DNA of 64,000 nucleotides from Scenedesmus sp. PABB004 (lineage: Eukaryota), in the NCBI GenBank assembly GCA_014905635.1, contig CM026547.1:806001-870000 (forward strand), in the 5' to 3' direction. This document shows positions 47,024 through 59,720 of this stretch, piece by piece. The notes beneath the pieces were generated by a model that did not search any database, was not told the DNA's origin, and worked only from the letters and a program-made list of their open reading frames with translations. Numbering within the stretch: position 1 is the first letter of the stretch; every line of letters begins with the position of its first letter. The translations under genes and the position numbers were made by a program.

Positions 47024-48709
47024 ATGGCGTCGCTCATGGCCAAGGCCCAGACCGGGCGCGCAGCCGGCGCCCGCGCGCAGCAGCCGCGCAGGTGCGCGAC
47101 GCCGCAGCAGCAGCGCGGGGCAGCAGCAGCAGCAGCACGCGGCGCGGCGGGCGCGCGAGCGCTCGCCCTGCCCGCGCGCCCGCGCTCACCCCGCCGGCCC
47201 TCCCCGCCCCCCGCGCTCAGGGCGCCGCTCGTGGTGCGCGCGGTCGCGACGACCGCCAAGAAGGACGGCACCTCCGCGGCCGCGGCCAAGGCGGGGCTCA
47301 CGCCCGAGGTGGCCAAGGACCTCTACTACGACATGGTCCTCGGCCGCGAGTTCGAGGAGATGTGCGCGCAGGTGCGGCGCCCGGCGGCGCTGTCGCGCTG
47401 GCGCCGGCGCTGCCGCGCGCTGCTGGGCCCTGCTGGGCGCTGCGTGCGCGCGCGGAACTGCGCCGATCGCCCGCACCGCGCCGCCCCGCGCGCGCCCGGC
47501 CCCGCCGCGGCGCCAGATGTACTACCGCGGCAAGATGTTTGGCTTCGTGCACCTCTACTCCGGCCAGGAGGCCGTGTCCACGGGTGCGCGCGCCGCTCGC
47601 CCGCGCCGCCGCGCGCGGCCGCGCCGCCGCGCGCTGCGCGCGCGCCGCTCGCTGACGCCGGCGCCGGCGCGCAGGCATCATCCGCTGCCTGCGCCCCGAC
47701 GACTACGTGTGCTCCACGTACCGCGACCACGTGCACGCGCTCTCCAAGGGCGTGCCCGCGCGCGAGGTGCGCGCCCCGCGGCCCGCACCCGCTCCGCCGC
47801 GCCTACTGTCTCCCACCCACGCCCACGCCCACCCACGCCCGCCCGCCCGCGCCCGCGCCTCTTGCCGCCGCCGCCAGGTCATGGCAGAGCTCTTTGGCAA
47901 GCAGACGGGCTGCTGCCGCGGGCAGGGCGGCAGCATGCACATGTTCAGCGCCAAGCACGGCGTGCTGGGCGGCTACGCCTTCATCGGCGAGGGCATCCCC
48001 ATCGGCGTCGGCGCGGCGTTCAAGTCGGCGTACAAGTGAGCCCAGCCTGAGCCCGAGCTGGGCGACGCGGCGGCGCCGCAGCTGCGGCGGCGCTGCGCGC
48101 GGCGGCGGCGCGGTCAGGGCCAGGGCCGGGGCGGCGCGGCCAGGCGCGGGCGCCCACGCGCCGCGCCACGCGCGCCCCGCCGCGCGCGCTCGCAGGCGCC
48201 GCGTGCTGGGCGACGAGTCGAGCGACAGCGTGACGTGCTCGTTCTTTGGCGACGGCACGTGCAACGTGGGCCAGTTCTACGAGTCCCTCAACATGGCCGC
48301 CCTGTACAAGCTGCCCCACATCTTTGTCGTCGAGAACAACATGTGCGCGCGCGGCACGCGCCCGGCAGCTGGTTGACTGACCCGGCGACAGCCGACTGAC
48401 GCGGCGGCAGACGCGGCGGCAGACGCGGCAGACGCGTCCGCTCACTGCCGCCGCTCCTTTGCCGCCGCAGGTGGGCGATCGGCATGAGCCACCTGCGCAG
48501 CACGAGCCACACGCTCGGCGACGCCGACTTCCCCTACATCTACAAGAAGGGCCCCGCCTTTGGCATGCCCGGCGTGCGCGTGGACGGAATGGACGTGCTC
48601 AAGGCGCGGCGCCGCGGCGCGGCCGGGGGGCGCGGCGGGCGCGAGGCAGGCGCCCGGGCCGGGGCTGGCGCGGGTGCGGCCCTGCGGGGCCGCCGCGACC
48701 CCATGCCAA

Positions 48710-48772
<63 letters not shown>

Positions 48773-49509
48773 GCGCCTGCCCGCGTGCGCGCGCAGGTGC
48801 GCGAGGTCGCGCTGGAGGCGATCGCGCGCGCGCGGCGCGGCGACGGCCCGACCCTGATCGAGGCGGAGACCTACCGCTTCCGCGGCCACTCGCTCGCCGA
48901 CCCCGACGAGCTGCGCAGCAAGGAGGAGAAGGCGCGGTACCAGGTGGGTGGACCCCGCCCGCGCGCGCGCGCGCGCGCGCGCGCGCCGGCCCGCGGCGGA
49001 GCCCCGACGCGGCAGGCACACACACAGCGTGCACCTGCGCGCCGCCCGGCGCGCCGCTGACGCCCGCGCGCGCCGCCGTCCCCCGCCGCCATGGCCTGCC
49101 GCTGCCCGCGCAGGCGCGCGACCCCATCCCGCAGCTGAAGCGCATCATGCTCGCGGAGGGCCTCGCCACGGAGGACGACATCAAGGCCATCGAGGACAAG
49201 TGAGGCTGCTCCGCCGCCCCCGCGCCGCCGCCGCGCCGCCGCGCTGCGCGCCGACCGGCGCCTGCCGCGCCGCGCCGCTGCGCCCGTGCGGCGTGCTGAC
49301 GCGCGCGCGCGCCACGCGCGCCCACGACGCGCAGGGTCGCCGCCGAGGTGGAGGACAGCGTGCAGTTTGCGGACGAGTCGCCCAAGCCGGAGAAGGGGCA
49401 GCTGCTGGAGAACGTGTTTGCCGACCCCCGCGGCTTTGGCATCGCCGCCGACGGGCGCTACCGCTACGAGATGCCCGGCTTCACCAGCGGCACCGCCGCC
49501 GTGTCCTAG
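47024..49509 (+). CDS. pdhA: Plastid pyruvate dehydrogenase E1 alpha subunit
   Basis: [41 protein letters not shown]-binding FFGDG...VENN and [18 protein letters not shown] at 49969-49973. Confidence 0.96.
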
Positions 49510-50284
49510 GCCGCTGCCTTGCAGGACGCACCGGGCGCGCGGCGCGCGGCCCCCGGCGGGCGCGTGCGCGCGCGCGGTGGGCGGCGCCCGCCCGGGCGGG
49601 CGCGCCGCGGCGCCGGCGCCGGCGCGCCGGCCCACACATCGGCACAGGGCGCCGAGATGCGCGCGTCGCATTCGGCCCCGGCCGGCGCGGCGGCGGCGGC
49701 GGCGCGCGCGCGCGCCCGCTGCGTGCGGAGGAGAGCAGGAGCGGGGGCTGGCCGCGGCGGCTGGCGGCTGCGGCGGGCCAGCAGCATGGCACGTCACGCG
49801 TCGCGCGCACTCAGATTGTGTGGGCGTTGAAGCAGGGCGGGCGGGCGGGGGCGTCTGGGTCGCGCCTTCTCTCTCTCTCAGGGGGGTCGACCACTTGCGC
49901 GGGCGCGCGCCCCTGGGCGGCGCGCGGCGCGAACGAGCGGCGCGCGTGCCGCTGGGCGCGAGGCCATTTGTAACATGCGCAACGAGCGCTGCGGCTGATC
50001 CCTTCCGCTCTGGACGCAGGCGCCGAGGCCGCCGCCGCCGCCGTTCAAACCCGAACCGCGCACGGCGCGGCCCCTGTCCTGTTCCGCTCGCCACACGGCC
50101 GCTGCGCCGCCGTAGAGCTGTGTGTCCCTGGCAGTCGCGCGAGGCGCGCCAGCGTGCCTCGGGAGCGGGAGCAGCAGCAGCTCACTGCCAGCCGTGCACC
50201 GCCGATCGCGGCGCGGGCTTCGCGGCGTCCGGTCCCCAGACCCAGGGCCGGCCGCCTGGGCGGGCGGGGCGGCCCGGCGCCACC

Positions 50285-53062
50285 ATGCGCGCCAAGACGC
50301 TGCAGATTGTCTGGCACGCCAAGGAGCCCGTCTTCTCCGTCGACTTTCACCCCGTCGACGGCTACCTGGCGACCGGGGGCGCCGACAAGGACGTCAAGGC
50401 GCGGGCCGCGCCCGCAGCGCGCCCGCCGCCGGCCCAGCAGCAGCCGCGCGGCGCGCGCTGCCGCAGCGCGCGGAGCGCGCGCCAACCGCCGCTGCCGCCG
50501 CCGCCGCCGCCGCAGCTATGGGAGCTCTGCCCCGAGCCGGACGGCACGCCCGCGGTGCGCTACGTGCGCAGCCTGGAGGGGCACAGCCGCACCATCAACT
50601 GCGTGCGCTTCTCGCGAACAGGCGCGGCACGGCGGTGGCCCCGCTGTGGGCGCGCCCGCGGCGGCAGCGGCGGCGCGAGCGCGCCGTCGCCAACGGCGCG
50701 CGCGCACCGTGCCGATGCCCGCCCACAGGCCACTGCCTGGCGTCGGCGGGCGACAGCGGCGAGGTCATCGTCTGGCGGCTCGCGCCCGGCGCGGCGGCGG
50801 CGGCGGCGGCGGCGGCAGCGGCAACGGGGAGCGCGGCGCGCGGCGGCGGCGCGGGGCCCGGCACGCCGGCGTCCGTGGCCAAGCCCCCCGACGCCGCCGG
50901 CGCGCGCGGCGGCTCGCCCTGCGCGACGCCCGCGGCGGCGCCGGCCGCCCGCGGCAGCCCCGCCGCGACGCCGGCGCCGGCGCGCGCCGCCGCGGGCGCG
51001 GGCGCGGCCGGCGAGGGCGACGCCGACGGCGACGCGGCGCGGGAGCCGCGCTTCGCGTGGCGCATGGCGGCGAGCCTGCGGGGCCACCACGACGACGTGA
51101 CCGACCTCGCGTGGAGCCACGACGACGCGGCGCTGCTGAGCGGGAGCGTCGAAAATGACGTCATGCTGTTTGACGTCGAGCAGCGCACCTACCTGGTGCG
51201 ACGCGCGGCGCGCGGCGCGGCGGGCAGCCGTAGCGGGCGGGCGCGGCAGGCGGCCGTGGCGTGCAGGCACGGGAGGCGGGCGCTGAGCTCCGCCGCCGCG
51301 CCCGCTGCCGCCGGCGCAGAACCGGCTGGTCGGGCACCGACACTACGTTCAGGGCGTGGCGTGGGACCCGCTGGGCGCGTGGCTCGCGAGCGCGAGCGCG
51401 GACCGCAGCGTGCGCGTGCACGCGCCCAAGCCGCCGCCGGCGGCGGGCAAGGGCTCCGGCGCGGGCGCGATCAAGGGCAGCACGGCGCTGGCCAAGGAGC
51501 TGGTCCACGCCGCGACGCTCGCCAAGCGCACGCTGCCGCTGCCGCCGACGCCCGGCCGCGCGCCGCCGGGCGCCGGCGGCGAGGGCGGCGGCGACCCCGC
51601 GGCAGCGGCGGCGGCAGCGCAGCAGGAGCCCGTCGCCGGCGGCGGCGGCGAGCCCGCGGCGGGGACGCCGGCCAAGGCGCTGCAGGTGTCGCTGTTCCAC
51701 GATGAGAGCCTGCAGGTCTTCTTCCGGCGCCTGGCGTGGTCGCCCGACGGCTCGCTGCTCGCCGTGCCGGCGGGGCTCGCGCGCGACGAGAACGGCGCGG
51801 CGCCGCGGGCGCGCAACACAACGTACCTCTACGCCCGGGGCCAGTGGTGCGGCCGCCGCGCCGCGCCGCTGCCCACCTGGCGCGTGCAGGGGGGCGCGCG
51901 CGTGCGCGTGCGCAGCGGGGCGGCCGCCGACGCGCCCCGCGCGCGCCCCCGCGCCCGCCCGCAGGGGCAGCCCGCTCGCGTCGCTGCCGTGCCCCGCCAA
52001 GGCCTCCACCGCGGTGCGCTTCTGCCCGCTGCTCTTCCGGCTGCGCGGCGGCGCTGGCGCCGGCGACCAGGCCGGCGGCGAGGCGGGCGGCGGCGGCGGC
52101 GGCAGCGCGCTGGGCCTGCCGTACCGGCTGGTCCTTGCGGTGGCCACGCTGGACAGTGTGCTGCTCTTTGACACGCAGGTGGGGCCCCTGCGTGTGCGCG
52201 CGCGCCGTCTTTGCGCGTGCGTGCGGCCGCCCCCGGCCGTTCCCGGCCCCACGCGCTGCTGTCCGCGCCGCCGCCGCGCGCGCGCAGACGCTGGAGCCAT
52301 GCCTGCTGGCGGGGCCGCTGCACTACGCTCCCATAACCGACCTCGCGTGGTCGCGCGACGGCGCCGCGCTCGCGGTCAGCTCGCACGACGGCTACTGCTC
52401 GCTGTTGACCTTTGCGCCGGGGGAGCTCGGGGAGCCGCTGCCGCGCGAGGAGCTGCCGCCGGGGCTGGCCGAGGGCATGGCGCGCGCCGCCGCGGCCGCG
52501 GCGGCCACGGCGGCGCGTGCGGGGGCGGCGGCGCCGCGACGCCGCCGCCGCAGCCGCCGCCCGCGCCGGCGGCGACGCCCGCGGCGGCCAGCAGGCGGCG
52601 GGCGCGGCCGCCCCCGGGGGCGCGGGGGCGGCGGGCCCCGCGCCCAAGCGCATCCAGCCGCAGGCGGTCGGCGCGCCGCCGGCGGCCGGCGGCGGCGGCG
52701 GCGTGCAGCCGCGGCGCATCAACCCCTCCCCCGTGGCGGCCGCGGCGGCGCCCGCGCCCGCGCCCGCGCCGCGCCGGCTGACGCCCACGCCCGTTGCCGA
52801 GGCGGCCGCGCAGCCCGCGCCGCGCCGACTGACGCCGCAGCCGGTGGCGGCGCCAGGCGGCGAAGGCGGCACGGCGGCGCCCCCGCTCGCGCCGGCGGCG
52901 CAGCCGGCCGCGCCCGCGGCGCCGGGCGGCGGCGGCGGCGGCGCGCGCACCGCGCTGGCGGCGGTCGCGGCCGCGCGCGCGGCGGCCGAGGCCAAGCGCA
53001 AGGCCGCTGCCGCGGCGCTGGACGGCGGCAGCGAGGACGGCAAGCGCGCGCGGCAGGCGTGA
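50285..53062 (+). CDS. CHAF1B: Chromatin assembly factor 1 subunit B (p60/FAS2/Cac2), WD40
   Basis: [45 protein letters not shown] and [18 protein letters not shown]. Frame change near 52520 (37-nt intron or indel). Confidence 0.9.
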
Positions 53063-53331
53063 CGGGCTGGGCGCAGGGCGCGCCGAGCCCTCGTAACGGG
53101 TGTCCGGCGCCGGCCCATCTGCCTTCCGCCCATCCGCCCGCCCGTTTGTGAGCGCCCCAAGGCGCCCCGTGCAGCCCGATCTCGCTCGGGGCGACGCCCC
53201 GCTCGCGCACGCGACGCGTCGTCGCGGCCGCAGCGCGCCCGCGCCGCCGCCCCAGCAGCCGCATTCGCGCCTGGGCGCCCCTCCCGCGCCCCTCCCGCGC
53301 TCTTCCCGCGCCACAGCGAGCGGCAAACGAC

Positions 53332-55786
53332 ATGCTCGCCGCCGCGGCGCAGCGGCAGCGGCCGCTCACGGCGCGCGACGCGCCGGGGCGCCGCCCGTTC
53401 CCCCTGGCAGCAGCGCCCCGCCGCCGCCGCCGCTGCTGCTCCGTGCGCGCGGCCGCGCCGCGGGCAGTCGTGGTGGGCGGCGGGCCGGTCGGCGTCGGCG
53501 CGGCGGTCGGACTCGCGCGAGCCGGGTTCGCAGTCGAAATGCACGACGCCCGGCCCGCGGCGGGGGCCGCCGCCGCCGAGGACGGGCTGCTCGTCGCGCT
53601 GGGGCCGCGCGCTGCGGCGGCGCTGTGCGCGCTGGCGCCGGCCGCGCCGCTGCGCGTCGGGGGCGCGCTGACGCTGCTGCAGGGCGTGGCCCAGGTCGGC
53701 CCGGCGGGGCCGCGCCGCGTCGAGCGCTTCACGCAGGGGGGCCTGGCAGTGGGCGGCGGGACGCCGACGGGCGTGGGTGCGCGGCGCGGCTGCGCCTGCG
53801 CCGCCGCGCGCGCGCCACAACCTGGCGCGCCCGCGCGCGCCCACGCCGCCACCCGCCCACGCCGCCACCCGCCCACGCCGCCGCCCGCCCGCCCGCCGCC
53901 CCCAGCGGCGATTGAGCGCGGTGCGCTCGCCGACGCGCTGCTCGAGGCGGCGGGCTTTGCGAGCGCCGCGGCGCCGACCGGCGCGACGCCGCTGCGCTCT
54001 GCGGGCGCGGCGGCGGCCGGCTCAGCAGAGGAGGCGCAGGAGGCGGCCATGCCGCCGGTCGCGCCGGCGCCGCCCGGCGCGCCCGCCGCGGCGGCGGCGC
54101 CGCCGCGCGGCGCCGTTCGCGTCCACCACGGCAGCCGGCTGGTGCTCCTCGACTGCGCCGGCAAGCGCGCCACGTTCGTTGGCCCCAGCGGCGTGGCGTC
54201 CGAGGCGGTCGTGGCCTCGTATGACGTGCTGGTCGCCGCCGACGCGGGGGGCGGCGCAGGCGGCCAGCTGGTCGCGACCGCGATCGAGCAGCTCGCGGCG
54301 ACGCGGCGCGCGGCGCATGGCGCCGCCGTGCACCGACCCATCTTCCTGAGCCCCGCCGCCACCGCCGCGTCGGCGGCGGCCGACACGGAGCGCGACGCAG
54401 GCGCGGGCTCCACCGCGGCGGGCCCCGCGGCGGCCGAGCTGGAGTTCAAGTGCTGGCACGACCTGCCGCCGCCCTCTCGCGCGGAGCTGCAGCGCCTGCT
54501 GCCCGCGCCGGGCCTCGCCGACGGCGCGGGCGAGGCGGGGTGGGCGGCCGCGCGCGTGCCCGCCACCTGGGGCCTGGGTCGACCCCAGCGCTGCTGCCCG
54601 CGCCGCGCCCGACGCTGACGCCCGGACGCCGCCGCCGCCGCAGGCGGGCGGGGCGGGGCTGCGTCCTCGTGCTCACGGGCGCCGGCGGCGGCGCGCCCGG
54701 CTGGCCGCCGGGCGGGCCCCGCTGCACGCTCATGGCGTGGCCGGCGCGCGGCGGCGGCGCGTGGTCGGGCGTTGTGACGACCGAGCCCCAGGCGCGCCCC
54801 CGCGCAGCCAGCACGCCGCCGGCGCGCCGGCGCCCGCCCACGCCGCCCACGCTGCCCCGCCGCCCCGCCGCGCGCAGGTGTTTGAGGCGCTGCGCACACA
54901 GGCTGACTACGAAGGCCTGCTGGCGGGCCTGCGCGCGGGCGACCATGGCGGGCTGCCGGGGCTGTGGGCCAAGGCCATCGCCGCGCAGCTGCGCGGCGCC
55001 AGGGTCGGCAGGTGCGCCCAGTCGCGCATGGGCCGCCGTGCAGCCGCGCGGCCACGCCGCCTGCTCAGCCGCCCTCCGCCCCCGCGCAGGGCGGCGCCGC
55101 CCTGCGAGCCGGTGCCGGCGCACGTCGTGGCAGCGTCCGCGGGCCTGGTGCTCCTCGGCTCGGCGGCCGGCCTTGCGCCGCAGCCCCATCTGCTGAGCAT
55201 CGACGTCGCCGCCGGCCTGGAGCAGGCGGCCGCGCTGGCCGCCGCGCTCGCCGCCGCCGGCCCTGCCACGCGCGCCGCCGGCAGCCCGGGCCTGGCCGCC
55301 GCGCTGGAGGGCGCGCTGCGCCGCTTCGACCACCGCAGCCGGCCGCAAGTGGCAGCGCTGCAGGCCCTCACGGCGCAGCTGGCGGTGCTGCGGCAGCCCT
55401 CGGGCCCCGCCGCGCTGCAGTGCATGCCGCCGCTGTGGCTGCTGGCGCTGCAGTGGCGCTGCCTGCGGGGCCTGCTGCCGCTGCTCGCCGCGGCGCGGGC
55501 GCTCGGCGGCGGCCGCCCTGCGGCCGCCGCGGCGGCGCCGCGCGCCGCCGGCGGCGCGCCGGGCACGTGCGAACTGGCGGCGGCCATGGCGGCGCCGAGC
55601 GGCGCGGGGCTGCTGGCGGTCTTGGGCACCACCGCGGCGCCGTTCACGGCGATCCAGCGCCTGCTGCGCGCCGCGCCGCTGCTCGCGGGCGTGCTGTGGG
55701 CGGCCGCGGCGGCGGTCGTGGCCGCGGCGGCGCGCTGGGCGGCGCTGGCCGTGCGCGCGTGGGCATTTTCCCAGACCGCCGTCTAG
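53332..55786 (+). CDS. Divergent FAD-dependent monooxygenase-like protein with hydrophobic C-terminus
   Basis: Rossmann motif VVVGGGPVG...FAVEMHD, DG-like YDVLVAADAG and GD-like LVLLGSAAG. TGTAA at 55823-55827. Confidence 0.6.
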
Positions 55787-55946
55787 GCTGGGCGCCGAGG
55801 CTGCTGCGGTCGTCGTTGCCGTTGTAATAACACATCGTTGCACCGTCACCGCTCGAGGCGCTGCGAGCCCCCCTCCGCCCCCACACCCCCCTGCCCGCCG
55901 CGCGGCCGTGCGGCAGCAGCAGCCCTCAAGGCCGCCGCCCCGGCTT

Positions 55947-56736
55947 TTACCTCCGCCCCTTGAGGTACGCCGCGCCGCCCAGCACGAGCAGCGCGCCGGC
56001 CATGGCCGCGAGCACGCCGCCGCAGAGCAGCAGCGCGTCGGTGTCAAAGACCTCCGACAGCGCCCAGCCCTGCGGCGGCGGCGGTGGCGCTGCCGCCGCC
56101 GCGGCAGCGCTGGCCTGCGTGCGCGGGCAGCGACGGGGCGCGGCGTGGCCGGGCGCCCCCGCGCGCGGGCCGCGGCGCCCGATGCCAGCGGCAGCCGCCG
56201 CGGTCGGTCACCTCTCTCTCGTCGGTGCTGGTGCTCTCCCACTCGTCCTCGTCCAGCGTGTCGCGGGACATGCGCAGGTTGAAGCTGCCCGGCGACAGCC
56301 CGCCGCCGCCCTTGGCCAGCGCGCGCTCGCCCGGCGCGGCGGGGCGCGCCGCCGCGGCCGCGCTGGACCCCGCGGCCGCCGGCGGGGGCGGCGCGCCGGC
56401 GGCGCCGGCGGCCGCGCCCGCGCGCGACAGGCCCGGCGCGCCCGCCCCGCCGCTGCGGCCGGCGCCGCCGCGCACCGCGAGCGCCGCGGGGGCAGTCGCG
56501 CTGCTGATCGTGCTGCCGCCGGGCTTGCCCTTGCGCTTGGGCCCCAGCCCCGCGCCACCCAGGCCCTTGCCCAGGCCCAGGCTCTTCACGCCGCCGGGCT
56601 CGCCCGCGAGGCTGCTCGCCTTCTGCGCCGCCGCGGCGGCCGCCGCGGCGGCGAGCTGCTCCGCGGTCGGCAGCGGGTCCGCCGCGAGCGGGTCGGGCAC
56701 GGGCGTCGGCGCCGCCGTCGCCCCTGCGTCTGCCAT
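55947..56736 (-). CDS. Small tail-anchored membrane protein of unknown function, 2 exons
   Basis: Low-complexity N-terminus and DEDEWESTSTDERE|GWALSEVFDTDALLLCGGVLAAMAGALLVLGGAAYLKGRR*. One C-terminal TM helix plus a basic tail. Intron ~56211-56070. Confidence 0.6.
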
Positions 56737-56771
56737 GCCGCTGCTGCTGGCGCGGGCCTGGCGGCGGTGGC

Positions 56772-57277
56772 TCAGGCGCTGCTGCCGCGATCAAACTCAA
56801 ACGCGAGCCCCAGAGCAAACGCCAGCAGCCGGCTGTCGACCGCCCAGCCGTTTGCGCGCTGCAGGCCGAGCAGCGCGTCTGCGAGGCCCCGCAGCGGCAG
56901 CAGCAGCACCTGCAGCGTCTCGCCCAGCTGCGGGCGGGCGGGCCGCGGGCGAGCGGGCGAGCGGGCGGCGTCGGCGTCGGCGCCGGCGCCGGCGCACGCC
57001 TGGCGCTGTGGGCGGGCCCCGCGCCGCGCACCTCCAGCTGGGGCTTCGGGTCGGCGTTCTCGGGCGCGGCGGCGTCGACCGTGGCAAAGGCAAACTGCAG
57101 GCGCCGGGCGGCGGCGCTCAGCAGCGGCGCTGCCGGCCCCGCGCCGAGGCGCTGCGTGCCGCCTCGCACTCACATTCAGGCAGCTGTTGCAAAGCCCCTG
57201 GTCGTTCGTGCACTCGGGCGTGACGCGCGTGACCGCGCCGGTGAAGCCTGCGGCGCGCTCCCGCGTCGGCGGAGCGC

Positions 57278-57313
<36 letters not shown>

Positions 57314-57956
57314 AGAAGCCCACCTGTCTCCTCGCGGAGCTCGCGCACCGCGACCTGCGCCGGGGTCTCGCCGCGCTCGATCACGCCCGCCGGCAGCTCG
57401 AGCACAAACGTGCGCACGGGCGGCCGCCACTGCGCGATCACGAGCAGCCGGTCGGGCTGGCCCTGGGCCACGACCTGGCGGTCGCGCGCCGCGCGGCGTC
57501 GGCGGTGAGGGCGGAAGAAGGCTTGCTGCAGCATGTGCGGCGGCACGCGCAGCACGCACGCGCGCGAAGACGCCGACGCCGTCGGTCTCCCGGAACTTTG
57601 AGACGCGCTCAACAAACTCCCAGTCGTACGTCCTGCGCCCCGACGGCCGCGGCGGTCACGCGGCGCGCCAACCGCCGCGCCGCTGCTGCCCGCGCCAACC
57701 GCCCCCGCCGCGCCACTGCTGCCCGCGCCAACCGCCCCCGCGCACCTGCCCTGCGCGTCCCTGCACTGCGTAGGAGGGGGAGCGGCAGCGGCGGGAGCGG
57801 CCGGTGAGCCTGCGACGGCCCAGCAAGCTGCGTCGGCGGCGGATGGGCCAAGCGCCGCACCTGCAGCGACCGCAAGCGGAGCCACTTGGCGGCCGGCGGC
57901 GTGAGGTCGTGTACATCCAGGACCTCTGGAGCTGCGGGGGGCGCCGCGGTGGCCAT
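56772..57956 (-). CDS. Nudix hydrolase, NUDT5/ADP-ribose pyrophosphatase-like, about 7 exons
   Basis: WEFVER..DGVGV, QWRPPV..VLELPAG, Nudix box GVIERGETPAQVAVRELREETG and C-terminal VDSRLLAFALGL. Confidence 0.88.
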
Positions 57957-58198
57957 TTGGTGGGCGCGTGGCGGCGGCGGCGAGGCGAGGCGGTCGCGGG
58001 CGCGATGGGTTGAAAACCCTTCGACCAGAACGCTTCTGAGCTGTCATGCCACCCACCCATCTCTTGACAACCTGCGCGCTTTGATCCATTCGCGCCGCCC
58101 GCCCGCACGCCGCGCGCACGGCGCCGTGCAGAGCAGCGGCCGCCGCGAGCTGCCGCAGCCGCCCACGCCCGCGCGCGCCGCCGGGCCGGCCAGCGCCA

Positions 58199-59720
58199 AT
58201 GGCGGACGATGAAGCCAAGCTGGCGGCCTTTCGGTGGGTGGCCGGGACAGGCGCTTGGGGGACGTGTGCGGCGGGAGCAGCGTGGGCGGGTGCTGGCGCG
58301 CCGGCCGACTGCGCGGCCGACTGCGCGCCGGCCTGCAGCGCTCGCCCGCGCCTAGAGCCAGCCGACCCCACGACGCCCGCGGCGACACAGGGCGTACGAC
58401 TGGGAGTGCGAGGCGTTCGCGTCGCACCTGAGGAACGTGGAGCTACCAGGCGCCGCGGCGCCGGCTGCGCTGCTCAAGGCACGCGCAGCGCGCGCGGCCG
58501 CGGCCCGCAGCGCGCGCGACCGCGCTGCTGCAACTAGTCTCAACTGCCCGCAGGTCAAGGCCAAGTGGTTCAAGCGGCACGTGGACCCCGACTTTGAACC
58601 GGCGCTGGTCACCGGCGCCGCGCCCGCGCCCGCCAGCCAGCCGCCGCCGCCGCCGCCGCAGCAGCCCCGCAGCGGCGGCGCCGGCGCGCCGGCCGCGGCG
58701 GCGGCGGCGCCGCCGCCTCGGGCGTCGAGCGGGCCCGTGCCCGTCGCCGCTCAGGCCCTGGCGCGGCTGCCCTACGAGCGGCAGCTACACATGGCGTTGC
58801 TGTATCTGATGGTGAGCGCCGCGCCGCGCGCGCGCACACGCAGGCGCCGCCGCGCTCTGCCGCACGCTCGCAGGCGCCGCCGCGCCGAGCCCGCCGCCCG
58901 CCCGCCCGCGCGGCGCGCAGATCCTGGTCCTCACGCTCGCCGTCGTGCAGCCGTTCAGCCTGCGCCTCGCGACCTGGGCGTACCTTCGCCTCGCGCTCGC
59001 GGTGCTCGCGTGCCAGGCACTCAAGGTCCACGCCGCGCAGGGGCTGCCGCGCAGCCTCGCAGACCTGGCGGCGCTGCGCGCATGGGCGGCGCGCGTGCTC
59101 TCGCACACGGACGGGCAGTGGGCCCTGCTCGCTGGCGCGGCGGCGGCGACCGCGCGCGCGCCCTTCACGCCCCTCGTAATGCCCTGGGCCACGGTTGCGC
59201 TGGTCAACGTCGCGTGGTTCGCCCACGAGCACCACAGGGCGCATCCGGTCTGGGCGGCGCTGCGGGGCGAGGCGCTCTTCGCGTGGCTCGCATCGCGCCA
59301 GGCCGCCGTCGGGCTGTGGGTGGCGCAGAGTGAGATTGCGGCGGCGGCAGGGCTGACGGTCATGCTGCTCACGCCGCGCCGCCAGCCGCTGCTGTGTCTG
59401 GTCGCTTGGAACGTGCTGCGCATGCGCTTCTGGAGCGTCGACGCCGCGCTGCAGCACCGGCAGGCACGTTCTGCTGCGGTTGGCGCGCGCGCCCACACCA
59501 ACCAGCGGCCGCGGCGGCGATTGGCGCGCGCGCGCCAACCAGCGGCCGCGGCGGCGACGCGCCCGGGCCCGCGCCCCTCACGCCGCACCCCGCCCTCGCG
59601 CCGCAGGTGTGGGGAGCGATCGGCGCGCTCACGGCACGCTGGCGGGCGCAGTTCCCGGTGCTGCAGAAGGTGGCGGACTTTGGGACCCGCTACTTCCACG
59701 CCGGCCGCGGCGCGACGTGA
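58199..59720 (+). CDS. TMEM33/Pom33-like ER membrane protein, 5 exons
   Basis: Plant-type N-domain AYDW...NVELP...KAKWFKRHVDPDF, several TM segments and WNVLRMRF...HRQVW. Confidence 0.7.

Noticed and set aside
57655..57745. Short tandem duplications in introns (also ~48397-48434, ~48711-48771, ~59495-59555)
   Set aside because: Ordinary slippage repeats without further structure.
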